Below, in pieces: positions 1 to 12,647 of a DNA stretch of 64,000 nucleotides. Each line of letters begins with the position of its first letter. Position 1 is the stretch's first letter. The notes under the pieces were generated by a model. That model saw only the letters and a list, made by a program, of their open reading frames with translations. It had not been told where the DNA came from and searched no databases. The position numbers and the translations under genes were made by a program. Source of the stretch: Octopus vulgaris (Eukaryota); contig OX597814.1 in the NCBI GenBank assembly GCA_951406725.2, positions 20,274,001 through 20,338,000 on the forward strand, given 5' to 3'.

Positions 1-2437
1 CGTCAACATAACTGTGATACTGGTTCCTAGCCAAGTGCTTTTTTATGTTGGGGAACAGATGATAGTCAGATGGAGCCAAATCAAGAGAATAGGGAAGATG
101 TTCAACCAGTTCAAAGCTACAGTCACACACAGAAGCCATTGAAACTAAGGGCTTGTGTGTTAGAGCATCATCTTAATGAAACAAGAACCATTTCCCTGGT
201 TGCTTGGTCTTGATAACTTTTTTTAACTGTGTCAGTAAGTTGGCATAGTACTCTCCATTAATGGTATGGCTCTTTTGAAGGTAGTCAATAAACACAACGT
301 CTTTTGCATCCCAAAAAACTGAAGCCATCACCTTCTCTGCAGATAAAACAACCTTGGTCTTCTTTGGAGCAGGTGAGGAGAAGTATTTCCACTACATGGG
401 TTATCTTTTTGTCTCCAAGTCTAAGTGATGAAGCTAACACTCATCCTGAGTTAGGAAATGTTCAAGGAAACCAGCTGGATCTGTTTCAAACAATGTCAGA
501 TATTCCCATGATGTGATCAGTTTGGTGAGCTTTTTATCAGGTGTCAGAAGATGTGGCACCCACTGAGAAGAAACCTTTGTTTTGCCAAGTTCATGGGCAG
601 AATATTCTCAACTCTCTCACAAGATATGCTAATAGCATTGGCTACTTGACTTATAGTCAATCGCCAGTCATTCATCTTCATGTGGTGAATGCAATCGATG
701 TTTTCTTCAGGGGCGGCAGTTACAGAAGGTTCAGACCTTGAGTCATGTTGAAGACTCTCCCTTCCCCTCCTAAATTTAGCTACCCACTTTTGCATTGTTG
801 ATGAAGCTGGAGCATCATCCCCTTAAGTAGCAACCACGTCAGCCTGAATGCCCTTGGAGGACTAAACCCTTTTTCTGTAGGTACTTGATAACACTGTGAT
901 GCCAAATTTGATCTATTTGCAAGAGAAGTTACTACTACTTACTTTTTTAAGTCTGAGGTCTTCTTTAAGCAGGCAGATGTCAGTTTACCTGGAAAGAAAC
1001 AATCCAATTATTAATAAGAAAAATCGAAATTTATAATCTAGGGAAGGTATGAATGGTGATGATGCTGAGAGAGCCGAGGACATAGAAATCAGGTGTAAGC
1101 CACCAGATGTGAAAACAGCCAGGAAGTGGAAAGCAGAAGCAGAAACTGATGACATTCAGTCTGACACACTGAGATATGGTGGGTGCAATACAAATTCGTT
1201 GGAAGGAACTTGGTTTTGGTGCAGATCGGTTCAGACTGTCTGCAAGTATGATGCAGAGCAAACACAGATCTGTTGTTAGCAACAGCGTCAAAACAAGGGA
1301 AGCAGAGATAAGAGACCTTCATTTGATCCAATGCACTCAACAAGAACAGATGACAAGATGGGAGGAGCATGTTATTGAGAGAAGAATAAATTGGAATGAG
1401 ATATGGAGGTGGACCACATCTTGGCTAAGTTTTCTGATTCATTCATCCTGTGATGTCTTACCATCACCTGCAACTCTAGTAAGCTGGAACGTCTCAGAGA
1501 ATGATATATGCAAATGCAAAAAGGTCAGAACACTGAAACATCCTTTCCAGCTGTTCACTAGCTTTGAATAGGTATACATGGAGACACAACCTGGTCCTTA
1601 AGGTTATCTTCAATGCTATAAAGAACCAAATTGATCTCAAAAGCAGTGAAAAAAAAACCGTTGAAAGTACCAACTAGAGATTTTATTACCTTTGTGCACT
1701 CAGGATAACAGATCCGTTTCAAGAAGTAGAAACTTCCTATGAGCGAAAAAAAGTGGAATGGCTATTGGGAGGTGGCTGCAGATTTACCAGGGTGCCAGAG
1801 ACCTTTTCCCATCCCAGTTAAGAAAAATACCAGACATTTTAGTGTGGTGTGAAAGAAAGAAAGTTGTAAATCTAGTCAAGTTAACAGTTCCTCATGAAGA
1901 TAAGATGGACGCTACTTGGGCTTGAAAGATTGACTGTTATGTAAACCTCCTCACGGAATGTGAAGACACAGGCCGGAAAGTGGAGCATTTTCCAATCGAA
2001 GCCAGATGTAGAGGATTTGTTGGACACAGTATGAGACAACTGTTGTTATCATTAGGCCTGACTCATCATAAAGTCAATACCACCAGGACCAATATCCAAA
2101 CTACAGTGGAAAAGTCTAGCCACTGGATTTACTTAAAAGAGACGATGAGCGTTGGCTAGAAGAATATTGAGCTTTATTTGACAACCAATTGATCTAGCAA
2201 GCGGGGCCTCATATCAATGAGAGAGGCTGGTGTGCATTGATGCCATCGAGAGGTAGGCCCTGAAACAGCACGCATTTTCTGCTGATGATCCCATACACTT
2301 GCTGGCTTCTGGTATGCAGAGCTTTCAACTGGTAGCACTTGCATGTGCAAGTTATTTTCAAATCATCATGCAAGATTTCATAGCTCTAGTGTCACTACCT
2401 CATAGTCAGCTTCTGAACTCTTCAGCTCACCCTTGTA
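1..2437 (-). mobile_element. Decayed mariner transposon (5' part), interrupted by a HERO-like insert at ~1030-2340
   Basis: Minus-strand transposase remnants (DWRLTISQVANAISISCERVENIL). 2360-2437 is the reverse complement of the left end of the mariner at 21035 (TACAAGGGTG..CTGAA..GCTGAC), ending in TA. Confidence 0.8.
1030..2340 (+). mobile_element. 3' fragment of an RLE non-LTR retrotransposon, HERO-like, decayed
   Basis: Motifs LSFLI..CDVLPSP.TL..W, CKC...TLKH, YTWRHN.VL, PDILVW, LTVPHED, FPIEARCRGFVG, across stops and frameshifts. Confidence 0.7.
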
Positions 2438-2644
2438 GACTGTGATTTAAAATTTGACTGTTATTTCAAGCATGAAGTGATTCCTTCCTCAAATCAATTA
2501 TTTGTTTTTGTTTACCTTTGAGGTTGTCTCCATCAAGGAGACCTACAGTCAAAGATATTTTAGCCATGATTAATCCATCAGTTTTTTTCAAGAATAGTAT
2601 GTTGCAAATACATTTTTGCATATGTTGTCCTATTTTATAATTTA

Positions 2645-2672
2645 TTATCATTATTTATTTATTTATTTATTA

Positions 2673-2722
<50 letters not shown>
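2645..2722. repeat. (ATT)n/(TAA)n microsatellite
   Basis: Direct reading; lies 3' of the minus-strand R4-like fragment. Confidence 0.95.
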
Positions 2723-2724
<2 letters not shown>

Positions 2725-3582
2725 CTTCATAACACAGTGTAGGTAAAAATGCACCAGAGTCTTTAGTCATCTGTCAAGTCACAACAAGAACCTCAGACAG
2801 ATAATACTTTCCTTAAGATGTGCACTGTGCCCAATAAGGCTGCTTTTTGCAAAACATCAATGGAATTTCCAGTTTCCTTAAGAAGTTTTGAAGTTTCAAT
2901 GGGATTGAGCCCAACGCTCTGATCACCACTGTTTTTCACTTTTACATCAGCCTCTTGCATTCCATACAGTCTTGCTATTTCCACTTTCAATTCGGTGTAC
3001 TTGATGATATTTTCAACCTCTTTTCTCACAACATTCATGTCATTTGGTATGGCTACATCAATGATCTGACAGTATTTGTCCCTCTTATTCAATATGACAA
3101 TATCCGGCCGACAGTGTTCGATTACATGATCCGTCTGAAAATCATAGTCCCAGACTTTACTTGGTACATACATAACTATACTTGGTACATACATAACTAT
3201 ACTTGGTACATACATAACTTTACTTGGTACATGCTCATAGTTCTCAGTTACTTCATATTGGTATTTATGGCATAAAAGCCAATGAAGATCCACACACACT
3301 TTATCATGGTGGCACTTCTATTCTTTTAGTGCAAGGCTTTCACATCCACTTACCAAGTGGGTCACATTTTCCACATTCTTTCCACAGAGTCTGTATTTCT
3401 GGGTGTCAGAAGTTTTATAGATGTTATACTTCACAGAGTTGGTAGCGAGAGCCTGGTCTTGGGCAGCAATGATCAGGCTTTTGGTGGTATGCCTCAAATT
3501 ACCTTGCTCTAGCAATGCCCATGATGCTGTATTATCCTTAACGTCTTTTGTATTCCTTTAAAACTGTCCATGCATTCCCATT
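2723..3582 (-). mobile_element. R4/Dong-like non-LTR retrotransposon 3' fragment
   Basis: IIAAQDQAL, RLCGKNVENVTHLVSGC (zinc knuckle), WDYDFQTDHVIEHCRPDIVIL..IIDVAIP (PD-(D/E)xK endonuclease), LQKAALLGTVHILRKVL. Confidence 0.8.
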
Positions 3583-3633
3583 TAAAGAGTGCTTCTGTCA
3601 CTTGTTCTTGGACTGCGCATATAAGTGCTTCTG

Positions 3634-3674
<41 letters not shown>

Positions 3675-3675
<1 letters not shown>

Positions 3676-4434
3676 GAAAACTCACAGCTTATTTTGCTGG
3701 GTATGATGGAAAATGTCAGCTGACCACAGCCAGCAGACCAAAGTGACACTTGTTTACTGGTCATGCTTCAAGAATCTTGCAAAGAATTCTTGCAGTTCCA
3801 AACAATGCTGATTTTTGCGGGTGTTCTATCTTCACACGTGTATCAATCTTTTTTGAGCCATATCGGTAGTTGAGTCCTGATATCTCCAAGTGTGCCAATT
3901 ACTATTGATATCACGTCTACTCTCCTCATTGACCACAACCTTCATATTCCCTGCTTCAAATTGTCATAGTTGTTTATCTTTTTCTTCTTTCTCTTTGATC
4001 ATGTCACTGGGACATGCTATGTTGATTATAATCCATGTTCATTCTGTTTTATTCACCACAACAATGTCTAGTTTCCGATGTCTGGTCAGGTAATTGCGCT
4101 GAATCATTGCATCCCACAAGATCTTGCAATTCCCATTCTCAGTGAATCCTTCTGGGATTTCCTCATACCACGTCTTTGCTCTTTGTAAGCCGTGATTTCT
4201 ACAGAGCTCCCAGTGGATTGTTCTTGCCACATTTTCATGTCTTTTGTTTTCGTGCTGTGCCAATTTCAGGCATTCGCTAACGATCCACCATACCATTTCA
4301 TCCCTCTCACTACACATTCTGCATTTGTCGCTGTCGGTAGTGTCTTCTATTCTGCACTTTACATAGTTGTTCTAGAGCTGCACATGTAAGTGCCTCTGTC
4401 AATTGTTCTTGAGTTGCATATATAAGTGCTTCTG

Positions 4435-4436
<2 letters not shown>
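3675..4436 (-). mobile_element. R4/Dong-like 3' fragment (second)
   Basis: MCSERDE..IVSECLKLAQHENKRHENVARTIHWELC, KILWD.MIQ...RHRKLDIVVV; (TAA)n at both ends. Confidence 0.75.
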
Positions 4437-4483
<47 letters not shown>

Positions 4484-4494
4484 CATTATTATAG

Positions 4495-5048
4495 AGTGAG
4501 AGAGTAGTGCATGCCATCAAAGTGACACTGGGGTAAAATATACGAAGCCCAGTATACCCATCATGACTACCCGTCTGATAAGGGTACACCAGGCACATGC
4601 ATCACAACCATATGTGCACAACATGGTGATCTCATATCAAGATAAACAGCACATGACCTTGCAGGTGGGGCCCAGTTAGAATTTTCTTCTGGTCGAGAAG
4701 CCCATCCCACTCAAAAGATCCCTGAATAAGGATTGTTTAAGGATGTTGAATGAACACCCATGTTTCCAAAGGTGAATTATCCAAACCTCTAAGAATTCCT
4801 TTCAACACACGACTATGATGCTCCCCCACTACTTCTGCTCATGATCAGAGATGCACATATTGTCAGCCACAAAGGGGCATGGTCAACTAGTTAAGGTCAA
4901 ACAACTGACAAGTGAATCTGTGCTATTGAGCAGAATATTTGCTGTAGCCCATCTTTTATACCAAGACAAAACAATGTACATGATAACACTTCCAATCAGT
5001 TAAGATCAGGAGCCATGAGAGCCACTGTCTGGTACTACATCAGGGCAT

Positions 5049-5049
<1 letters not shown>
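4495..5049. repeat. Unclassified interspersed repeat between two (ATT)n tracts
   Basis: Non-coding, balanced-composition block bounded on both sides by (ATT)n; family not identified. Confidence 0.35.
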
Positions 5050-5109
<60 letters not shown>

Positions 5110-5156
5110 CGTTATTATTATTATAATCGTTATTATTATTATTATTATCATCATTA

Positions 5157-6025
5157 TATCAGGTTTTGCTATAATTCCTGGAATCTTACATGCACAGCAG
5201 GCTTGCAGCCTACAGTATCATGCTATCTGTTCTTTCCTGATTATTCTGGCCATGCCAAGGAGGCAAACCTTTTGTAACAGTTCTACTAGGCACTCTATTC
5301 CAATTTCCTTTATATTCCTCTTGATGCCTTCTGATACTGTTTTCAAGGAACCAACAATAATCGGCTCTATCTTTTCCTGCTTCATATTCCATAGCTGGGC
5401 TATTTTGTACTTAAGAGGGTTGTATTTATCTATTTTTTTGCCTTCCTTCTCGACTACTTGTGAGTCAAAGAGGCACGCAACATCAACTATATAGTACATG
5501 TGGTGCATCTTATCCACCACCACTAGGTCCAGTCTGTTATGCTCTAGGACCTGATCCATTTGGATTGGGAAATCCCAGAGGATTTTGCAGGTCTCTGTGA
5601 TTTGTGCTCATGCCATGTCTTGCTTCTCTCTAGCCCCCACTTTTTGCACAGTTTCCAATATAGCATTCTCACTACCTCATCGTATTGCCACAACTTGTAG
5701 TGGTTTTGGGTAAGTCTAGGGCATTCATTCACGATATGGGCAATGGTTATGTCCACTCTATTACAGATGTAGTACAGTGGAGACACTTGCTCATTCCTAA
5801 GGTTGACTCTACAATTCGTGGCAAGTGCTTGGTCTTATGCTGCCAGCATAGTACTCTCAGTGTTCCTTTTTTCAGCCAATCCCACTTACGTTTTCCGGTA
5901 ACTTCAGTTGTGGATATGTCGAATTGATTGTGTAGTTCTTTGCTGCATAATGCTTCTTCATGTCTCTTTTGTACTTCTTTCTTTGTCCCCCCCCCACACA
6001 CTTTTCTCTGCTTTCAATACTCTCT
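5157..6025 (-). mobile_element. R4/Dong-like 3' fragment (third)
   Basis: WDWLKKG, HIVNECPRL.Q..YK, DQVLEHNRLDLVVVDK..IVDVAC.FD, K..KY..LK..I..LW, LLQKVCLLG.ARIIRK; (TAA)n 5050-5156 at its 3' end. Confidence 0.8.
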
Positions 6026-6138
6026 CATTATTATTATCATTATTACTTTCTATTTTCTTTTGAGATGACTGGGTGAGGTTTCAGAGAAATTTCTAACTGG
6101 TCAAGCATTATTTGGTTATTCATTTTTGTTTATTTCAG

Positions 6139-6371
6139 CCTATCCAACTGTCCACAAGTCACCTTTTGTGAAATATGAAGTTGTGGCTAATTACAGCATG
6201 CTGTATACTGTTGAAGGAAGTGATAAAAAACTCTTTCCCTATTTGCTAACATCACATTTAGATGTAGTTCCTGTGACAGAAGAAAACTGGAAATTTGATC
6301 CTTTTGCAGCTGAACTCCATGAGGGTTACATTTATGGTAGGGGTGCTATAGATGTAAAAGGTAGTGTTATG
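6139..6371 (+). CDS. PM20D1: PM20D1-like M20 peptidase / N-fatty-acyl-amino acid synthase-hydrolase, coding exon 2 (233 nt)
   Basis: tttcAG|CC..ATG|GTatgt; encodes SHLDVVP and IYGRGAIDVKG (metal ligands His, Asp). Confidence 0.93.
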
Positions 6372-6404
6372 GTATGTATTGACAAATATTGTAGTTTTGT
6401 ATAC

Positions 6405-6820
6405 TCTTTTTACTCTTTTTACTCTTTTACTTGTTTCAGTCATTTGACTGCGGCCATGCTGGAGCACCGCCTTTAGTCGAGCAACTCGACCCCAGGACTT
6501 ATTCTTTTTGCAAGCCCAGTACTTATTCTATCGGTCTCTTTTTGCCGAACCGCTAAGTGACGGGGACATAAACACACCAGCATCGGTTGTCAAGCAATGC
6601 TAGGGGAACAAACACAGACACACAAACACACATACATATATATATATATATATACATATATACGACAGGCTTCTTTCAGTTTCCGTCTACTAAATCCACT
6701 CACAAGGCATTGGTTGGCCCGGGGCTATAGCAGAAGACACTTGCCCAAGATGCCACGCAGTGGGACTGAACTCGGAACCATGTGGTTGTTTAGCAAGCTA
6801 CTTACCACACAGCCACTCCT
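6405..6820 (-). mobile_element. tRNA-derived SINE family 1 (~400 bp, internal TA/TG tract)
   Basis: Head with A-box-like TGGCTGTGTGGT and B-box-like GTTCAGTCCC; (GTAAAAGA)n tail; more than 12 near-identical copies in the window. Confidence 0.9.
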
Positions 6821-8349
6821 GTATAATTATAATTTTATTGATTATTTTCCTCTTTGTACATGTTTTTCTTGCTGCAGTCAAATTGTAACTGTTCGAGTGG
6901 AATGTTAACCATATAAAACTCACCAGCCTCAGAAAGGTTGCAAAAGCCATGGGTAAAGCCTTTCCTTCAGGCCAAAACTACAAAAGTAAATAGATAAAAA
7001 ATAAATGACTAGTCCTTAACTGCTCAAATAAATTGCTGAAAGAAGTAAATATATTGTTATATAAGTGGTATTGGAAGAACTTTATGGCTTATAATTGTAA
7101 GCAGCATATTTCTATGGCCAAAGAATAGTATATAAAGGAAAGAGTGATAATCTTTTCTGAGTTGTGGGCTGTGAATACATACATCAGCAGTACATACATA
7201 CATACATACATAAGAGAGTCGGTTGGATATATATAAATGTTAACTTATATCCATATCAATAAAATTTAGCATTACAAATGAAAGAATGCAGATCCAACCA
7301 ACACTTGCTAGCATAGTGAAACAGTTGCTATTGATAATGTTAATGATAGAGTTATTAAAGCAGCTTGTTGTATATAGATGTTATTTCTTATAACATTCAG
7401 TCATGAAGTAAGTATAATGGCATTTTTTATTGAGATAGTAACACCTATTATTAAACTAACTACTTAGAGCACAATAAAATGCCGATGATCCAATGAGGGG
7501 ACTCATGTTGTTGCTCATTCGGAAGAAATTGTCACCAAATCTCTCAAAGTGCACCACATTTTGAACTAAAACAGATGCTATATAATAGCCTCAAATTGTA
7601 ATTTTAGTACTTTGAAGGCATTGTGATATTTAATGATTGGACTGCATAGATCAGTATCTTAATCATTTAACCATCATTATCTAATTATAAAATTGTAAGG
7701 ACTGGCTTGCAACTTCAATAGATTAATACTAATTTGTGTAATGGTAGAACACTATGATTGCTTTGTATCTCAACCAGTTTGGTAAATAATTATGTGACTA
7801 AATTCTTTATTACAGACAGAAACAATATTTGTTCAGAGTACCTTTTTAGCACTACAAGTCTATATGAACAACACAGTATAGTGGATTTCTACCATTACCA
7901 TTATAATGATGATGGTGATGATGGTAATGGTAGAAATCCACTATACTGTGTTGGTCATTTTCAGAAGGCATCTCATACAGACTTGTAGTGCTAAAAAGCA
8001 CAGTAGTATCAGTAGAAGAAGTAAAGCATCCAGCAGAAGTGGTGAAGTAGCTAAATCCCTGGATTTCTGCATATTTGGTGACAAGTCTTCACTATCAACT
8101 ACATGTTTAGTCAAATTTTACTTCTATTGATATAGAAAAACTGTTCAATGTAGTGATTTGTATATCGTACTTAACATGTCTAATGTCAATTATTCTTTCA
8201 TTTCTGTTAGATTAATAAAACAAATGTCAGTATTTTAAGATTGAAAAGGGTTGTCAAAAACACTGATGATTTGAACAGAGAATAATCAATAAACTTAAAC
8301 TTAATAAACAATTAACTGTTTTGATTAACAAATTCTTCTGGGGATGATT

Positions 8350-8765
8350 AGGCACAGGAGTGGCTGTATGGTAAGTAGCTTGCTTACCAACCACATGGTT
8401 CCGGGTTCAGTCCCACAGTGTGGCACCTTGGGCAAGTGTCATCTACTATAGCCTCAGGCCAACCAAAGCCTTGTGAGTGGATTTGGTAGATGGAAACTGG
8501 AAGAAGCCCATTGTGTGTGTGTGTGTGTGTGTGTGTCTATATATATGTTTGTGTCTCTGTTTGTCCCCCACCATTGCTCGACAACCGATGTTGGTGTGTT
8601 TACATCCCCATAACTTAGCGGTTTGGCAAAAGAGACCGATGGAATAAGTACTAGGCTTACAAAGAATAAGTCCCGGGGTTCATTTGCTCGACTAAAAGTG
8701 ATGCTCCAGCATGGCCACAGTCAAATGACTGAAACGAGTAAAACAATAAAAGAATAAAAGAAAAG
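8350..8765 (+). mobile_element. SINE family 1
   Basis: Full head-to-tail match to the other copies. Confidence 0.9.
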
Positions 8766-9124
8766 AACAACATCATCTAAGGAGTCTTTTTCAAGTTATC
8801 CCCCCCCCCCAGTTCAAAATCAAAATCAAAAGAACTCTTGTTTACAGCTATTGTGTGATGTCGTGACAAAGATATACAAACACCCACTCACCCACACCCT
8901 CATACGTGCACCTCCCCCTCCACACGCACACACACACACACACATGCATACATACATGCAGTCAAGAGAAACAAATCTGACTAACTGGGTTGTTTTTCTC
9001 TATACATATTAATATTACCTGAAGGCAATGATAGTAGCATTGTACTTAGCTATTGTTTCTTGTCTCACGTAATTTTGGCACTACTTGATTAGCTATTATG
9101 ATAGTAATCGTTTGCATTGTCAGA

Positions 9125-9152
9125 CGTCGTTGTCATCATTATCATCATCATT

Positions 9153-9203
<51 letters not shown>

Positions 9204-9245
9204 GTCGTTGTTGTCATCGTAGTTATCAATATCATCATCATCATG
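9125..9245. repeat. (CAT)n microsatellite
   Basis: Direct reading. Confidence 0.95.
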
Positions 9246-9526
9246 TCCATTTTTCCATGCTTGATTGGATCAGAGGCAGATTTTGAGGCAGATTTTCTAT
9301 GGCCTAGATGTCCTTCCTACCTATTTGCCAACCCTTGCCTATTTCCAAACAAGCTAATATTTCCTTTTAGGTCGACATGGTAACACTTGTTTATAGCTAT
9401 TGTGTGATGTCATGGCAGAGAGATACAAACACCCACTCATATACACCCACACATACACACACACACACACACACATACACAAACACACACACACGTGCGC
9501 ATGCATGTACGTATATGTCCACACAC

Positions 9527-9573
<47 letters not shown>

Positions 9574-9864
9574 TACATACACACATATCACGAGCTTGTT
9601 TCAGATTCAGTCTCCAAGATCTACTCACAAGGCTTTGGTCATTTTGAAGCTCTAGCAGAAAATATTTGGTCAAGGTGCTACTCAGTGGGATGAAGTCAAA
9701 ACCATACGGTTAGGAAGCAAACTTCTTGACCACACAGCCATTCCAGTGCCCAGCCATACATTTGTAAATATTTTTATTTCAAAATCAGAATTGTATTACA
9801 TGTTATTGGTGTTGTTATTTAATAACACAAGCTATCTTTCTTATTTCAACTAGGAATTACTATA

Positions 9865-10061
9865 GGCATAGGAGTAGCTGTGTGGTAAGTAGCTTGCTTA
9901 CCAACCACATGGTTCCAGGTTCAGTCCCACTGCGTGGCACCTTGGGCAAGTGTCTTCTACTATAGCCCCAGGCCGACCAAAGCCTTGTGAGTGGATTTGG
10001 TAGACGGAAACTGAAAAAGAAGCCCATCGTATATATATCATCATCATCATCATCATATATA

Positions 10062-10096
<35 letters not shown>

Positions 10097-10325
10097 GTGT
10101 GTATATGTTTGTGTGTCTGTATTTGTTCCACCATTGCTTGACAACCGATACTGGTGGGTTTACGTCCCCCGTAACTTAGCAGTTCAGCAAAAGAGACCGA
10201 TAGAATAAGTATTAAGCTTACAAAGAATGAGCCCTGGGGGCGATTTGCTTGACTAAAGGCGGTGCTCCAGCATGGCCGCAGTCAAATGACTGAAACAAGT
10301 AAAAGAGAATAAAAAAGAAAGAGTA
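9865..10325 (+). mobile_element. SINE family 1
   Basis: Full match. A diverged minus-strand partial copy lies at ~9400-9750. Confidence 0.9.
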
Positions 10326-10778
10326 ATGTCCTGAAACATGAAAGCAGCTCATTGTGTTGCATATGCCGAGAACATCCAGAGACAACTGACCACATTATCT
10401 CTAGATACAGCAGACTGGCACAAAAAAAAATATTTGTAGGGCTGCTTGGTACATACACTGGTCAGTATGTTGCACATACAACTTCCCTTATAAAAATAAT
10501 TGGTGGGAATACAAGCCACCACAAATTGCTCAGAATGCCAAGATTACCATTCTTTACAATTACAGTATCCAGGCTGAAGCAAACTGACCAGATCCCATTC
10601 TTTTACTCTTTTACTCTTTTACTTGTTTCTAAGACCCCAGGACTTATTCTTTGTAAGCCTAGTACTTATTCTATCGATATCTTTTGCCGAACCGCTAAGT
10701 TACGAGGACATAAACACACCAGCATTGGTTGTCAAATGATGTTGGTGGGGACAAACACAGACACACAAACATATACAT

Positions 10779-10829
<51 letters not shown>

Positions 10830-11380
10830 TACGACTGGCTTCTTTCAGTTTCTGTCTATCAAATCCACTCACAAGGCTTTGGTCGGCCTGATGTTACAGT
10901 AGAAGGTGCCACGCAGTGGGACTGAACCCGGAATCATGTGGTTCGTTAGCAAGCTACTTACCACACAGTCACTCCTACGCTTATAGTGAAAAATCATATT
11001 GAAAGTACTTGTTTTCTGATTGATGTTGCAGGCTCAGCTGACAAAAACACATCTCTGAAAACATTTGGGAAATTGAGCAAATATAAGAGCTTGGAGATTG
11101 AAATCAGAAAAATGTAGCTTCTCAAAGCAACGGCATTACCTATTATCTTTGGGGCACTTGGTATAGTATCAAGAGGAGCAAACAAATATGTAGACCAAAT
11201 CCTTGGCAGCCCCAAAATAAGTGAAATGCTAAAGATAATACTTATGTGCACCTCACTAATTTTACTGATATTCCTCTCCCTGTAAATGCAACTTTGGATG
11301 CAAAACCTTGTTGACCCTTAATATCTCTAATTGAGACTTAGGTGGAACTTGTATAAATCAAAACAAAGCTAAAACATATT

Positions 11381-11416
<36 letters not shown>
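10326..11416 (+). mobile_element. R4/Dong-like 3' fragment split by a minus-strand SINE (10598-10980)
   Basis: CCICREHPETTDHIIS..RLAQ before the SINE; LIDVAG.AD, K..KYKSLEIEI after it; (TAA)n tail 11384-11416. Confidence 0.7.
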
Positions 11417-11972
11417 CCTTTCTACTAAGGGCACAAAGCCTGAAATTTGGTGAGAGGGGACTAGTCAATTACATCAACCCCAGTGATTCACTGGTACTTA
11501 ATTTATCATCCCTGAAAGGATGAAAGGCTAAGTCAACTTCAGCAGAATTTGAACTCAGATTGTGAAGAGCCATAAGAAATACTACATAGTATTTTTCTTA
11601 TGCTTTAGCGATTCTGCTAAAAGAATAATAATTTCTCTTAGAAAGGTAAACTTTATATATTGAACAAAAGTTAAATCCTTTCAAATCAATTTGCAGAATG
11701 AACATTTTATTACTAAATTTAGTCACAGTTAAAGTAATAGATAAATGTTAACCTGGATATTTCTAGCAGCTCTAATATTAATGGCTAAAGAAGAGATGAA
11801 ATTCTTGAAATAAAACTAAATTTTATCACATACAACTTCCATAAATATTTCGTTTTTGGATTTGGTTTGCAAGATTCTTTATATGAGTTCGTGTGTTGAA
11901 GCATATTCTGTTGTGTCTGGGGAGAGTCATTTTCTTTTTGTGCCTTATAATTTTGTTTTTTGTATATTCCAG

Positions 11973-12059
11973 GGTATCATGGAAGCTTTGGAACATGCTC
12001 TAAAATCAGGTTTTAAACCCAAGAGATCTTTCTTCATTGCATTTGGACATGATGAAGAG
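11973..12059 (+). CDS. PM20D1: PM20D1-like exon 3 (87 nt)
   Basis: ttccAG|GGT..GAG|GTgtgt; FFIAFGHDEE (catalytic Glu and metal Glu). Confidence 0.93.
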
Positions 12060-12112
12060 GTGTGTATTTGACTTAATTGATTAATGAAAGGTACAAAATA
12101 TTCCCTTCAGTA

Positions 12113-12340
12113 ATTAACCTTTTAATGCCAACCCACCCAAAATTGCCTTTGGTTCCATGATACAACCTATCTGTTTTAAAGTGATCTAAATTTAAATTTT
12201 CCATCAAATTTCATGCTAATTTATGTTGCAAACACCAGCTTAATAAGGGAAAAGTTATTTTGCTAAATCCTTTGTTATTTTGAAAATGAATTAAAACAAA
12301 AGTTGTGTATTTCAATAGAAGTGCAGTAATGGAAGGGCTA
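12113..12340. mobile_element. Decayed piggyBac-type MITE
   Basis: TTAA-CCTTT ... AAGGG-CTAA ends. Confidence 0.45.
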
Positions 12341-12647
12341 ATATTCTTCATATAGAAACAGCACAGCACAACTCTGGACTAAATTTCAGCTCTTACTACA
12401 TTCAGAGTGCACTTCAATATTTCTCGGGCCAATTATACAAGTACCAGCAATATACTGAAATTGGCTCAGTTTGCTACAGCTACTTCCATACAATATTTGG
12501 CCATGTGTCTGAGTAAAAAAGCCAACATAGAAATGCTTTCAATTTAAAATGCTGGGTTCCTTGATAATACATATTTATGCCTTCAGCCTTACTAGATTAT
12601 GTGCAATATTCTATCAAATATTTTTTGTAGAAAAATAAGATCAAGAT

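Noticed and set aside
2255-2295. Hammerhead ribozyme from GAAAC ... CTGATGA in the HERO 3' region
   Set aside because: No stem II pairing and no properly placed stem III/NUH site.
5015-5494. Poly-Ile/Tyr/His/(CV)n ORFs here and at 9098, 9354, 39047, 43010 and 49015
   Set aside because: Translations of microsatellites.
6597-6908. Recurrent peptide (SFSFRLPNPLTR..GTEPGTMWLVSKLL) suggesting a gene family
   Set aside because: It is the antisense translation of SINE family 1.
8350-8425. tRNA gene
   Set aside because: A/B-box-like head of a SINE; no complete cloverleaf.
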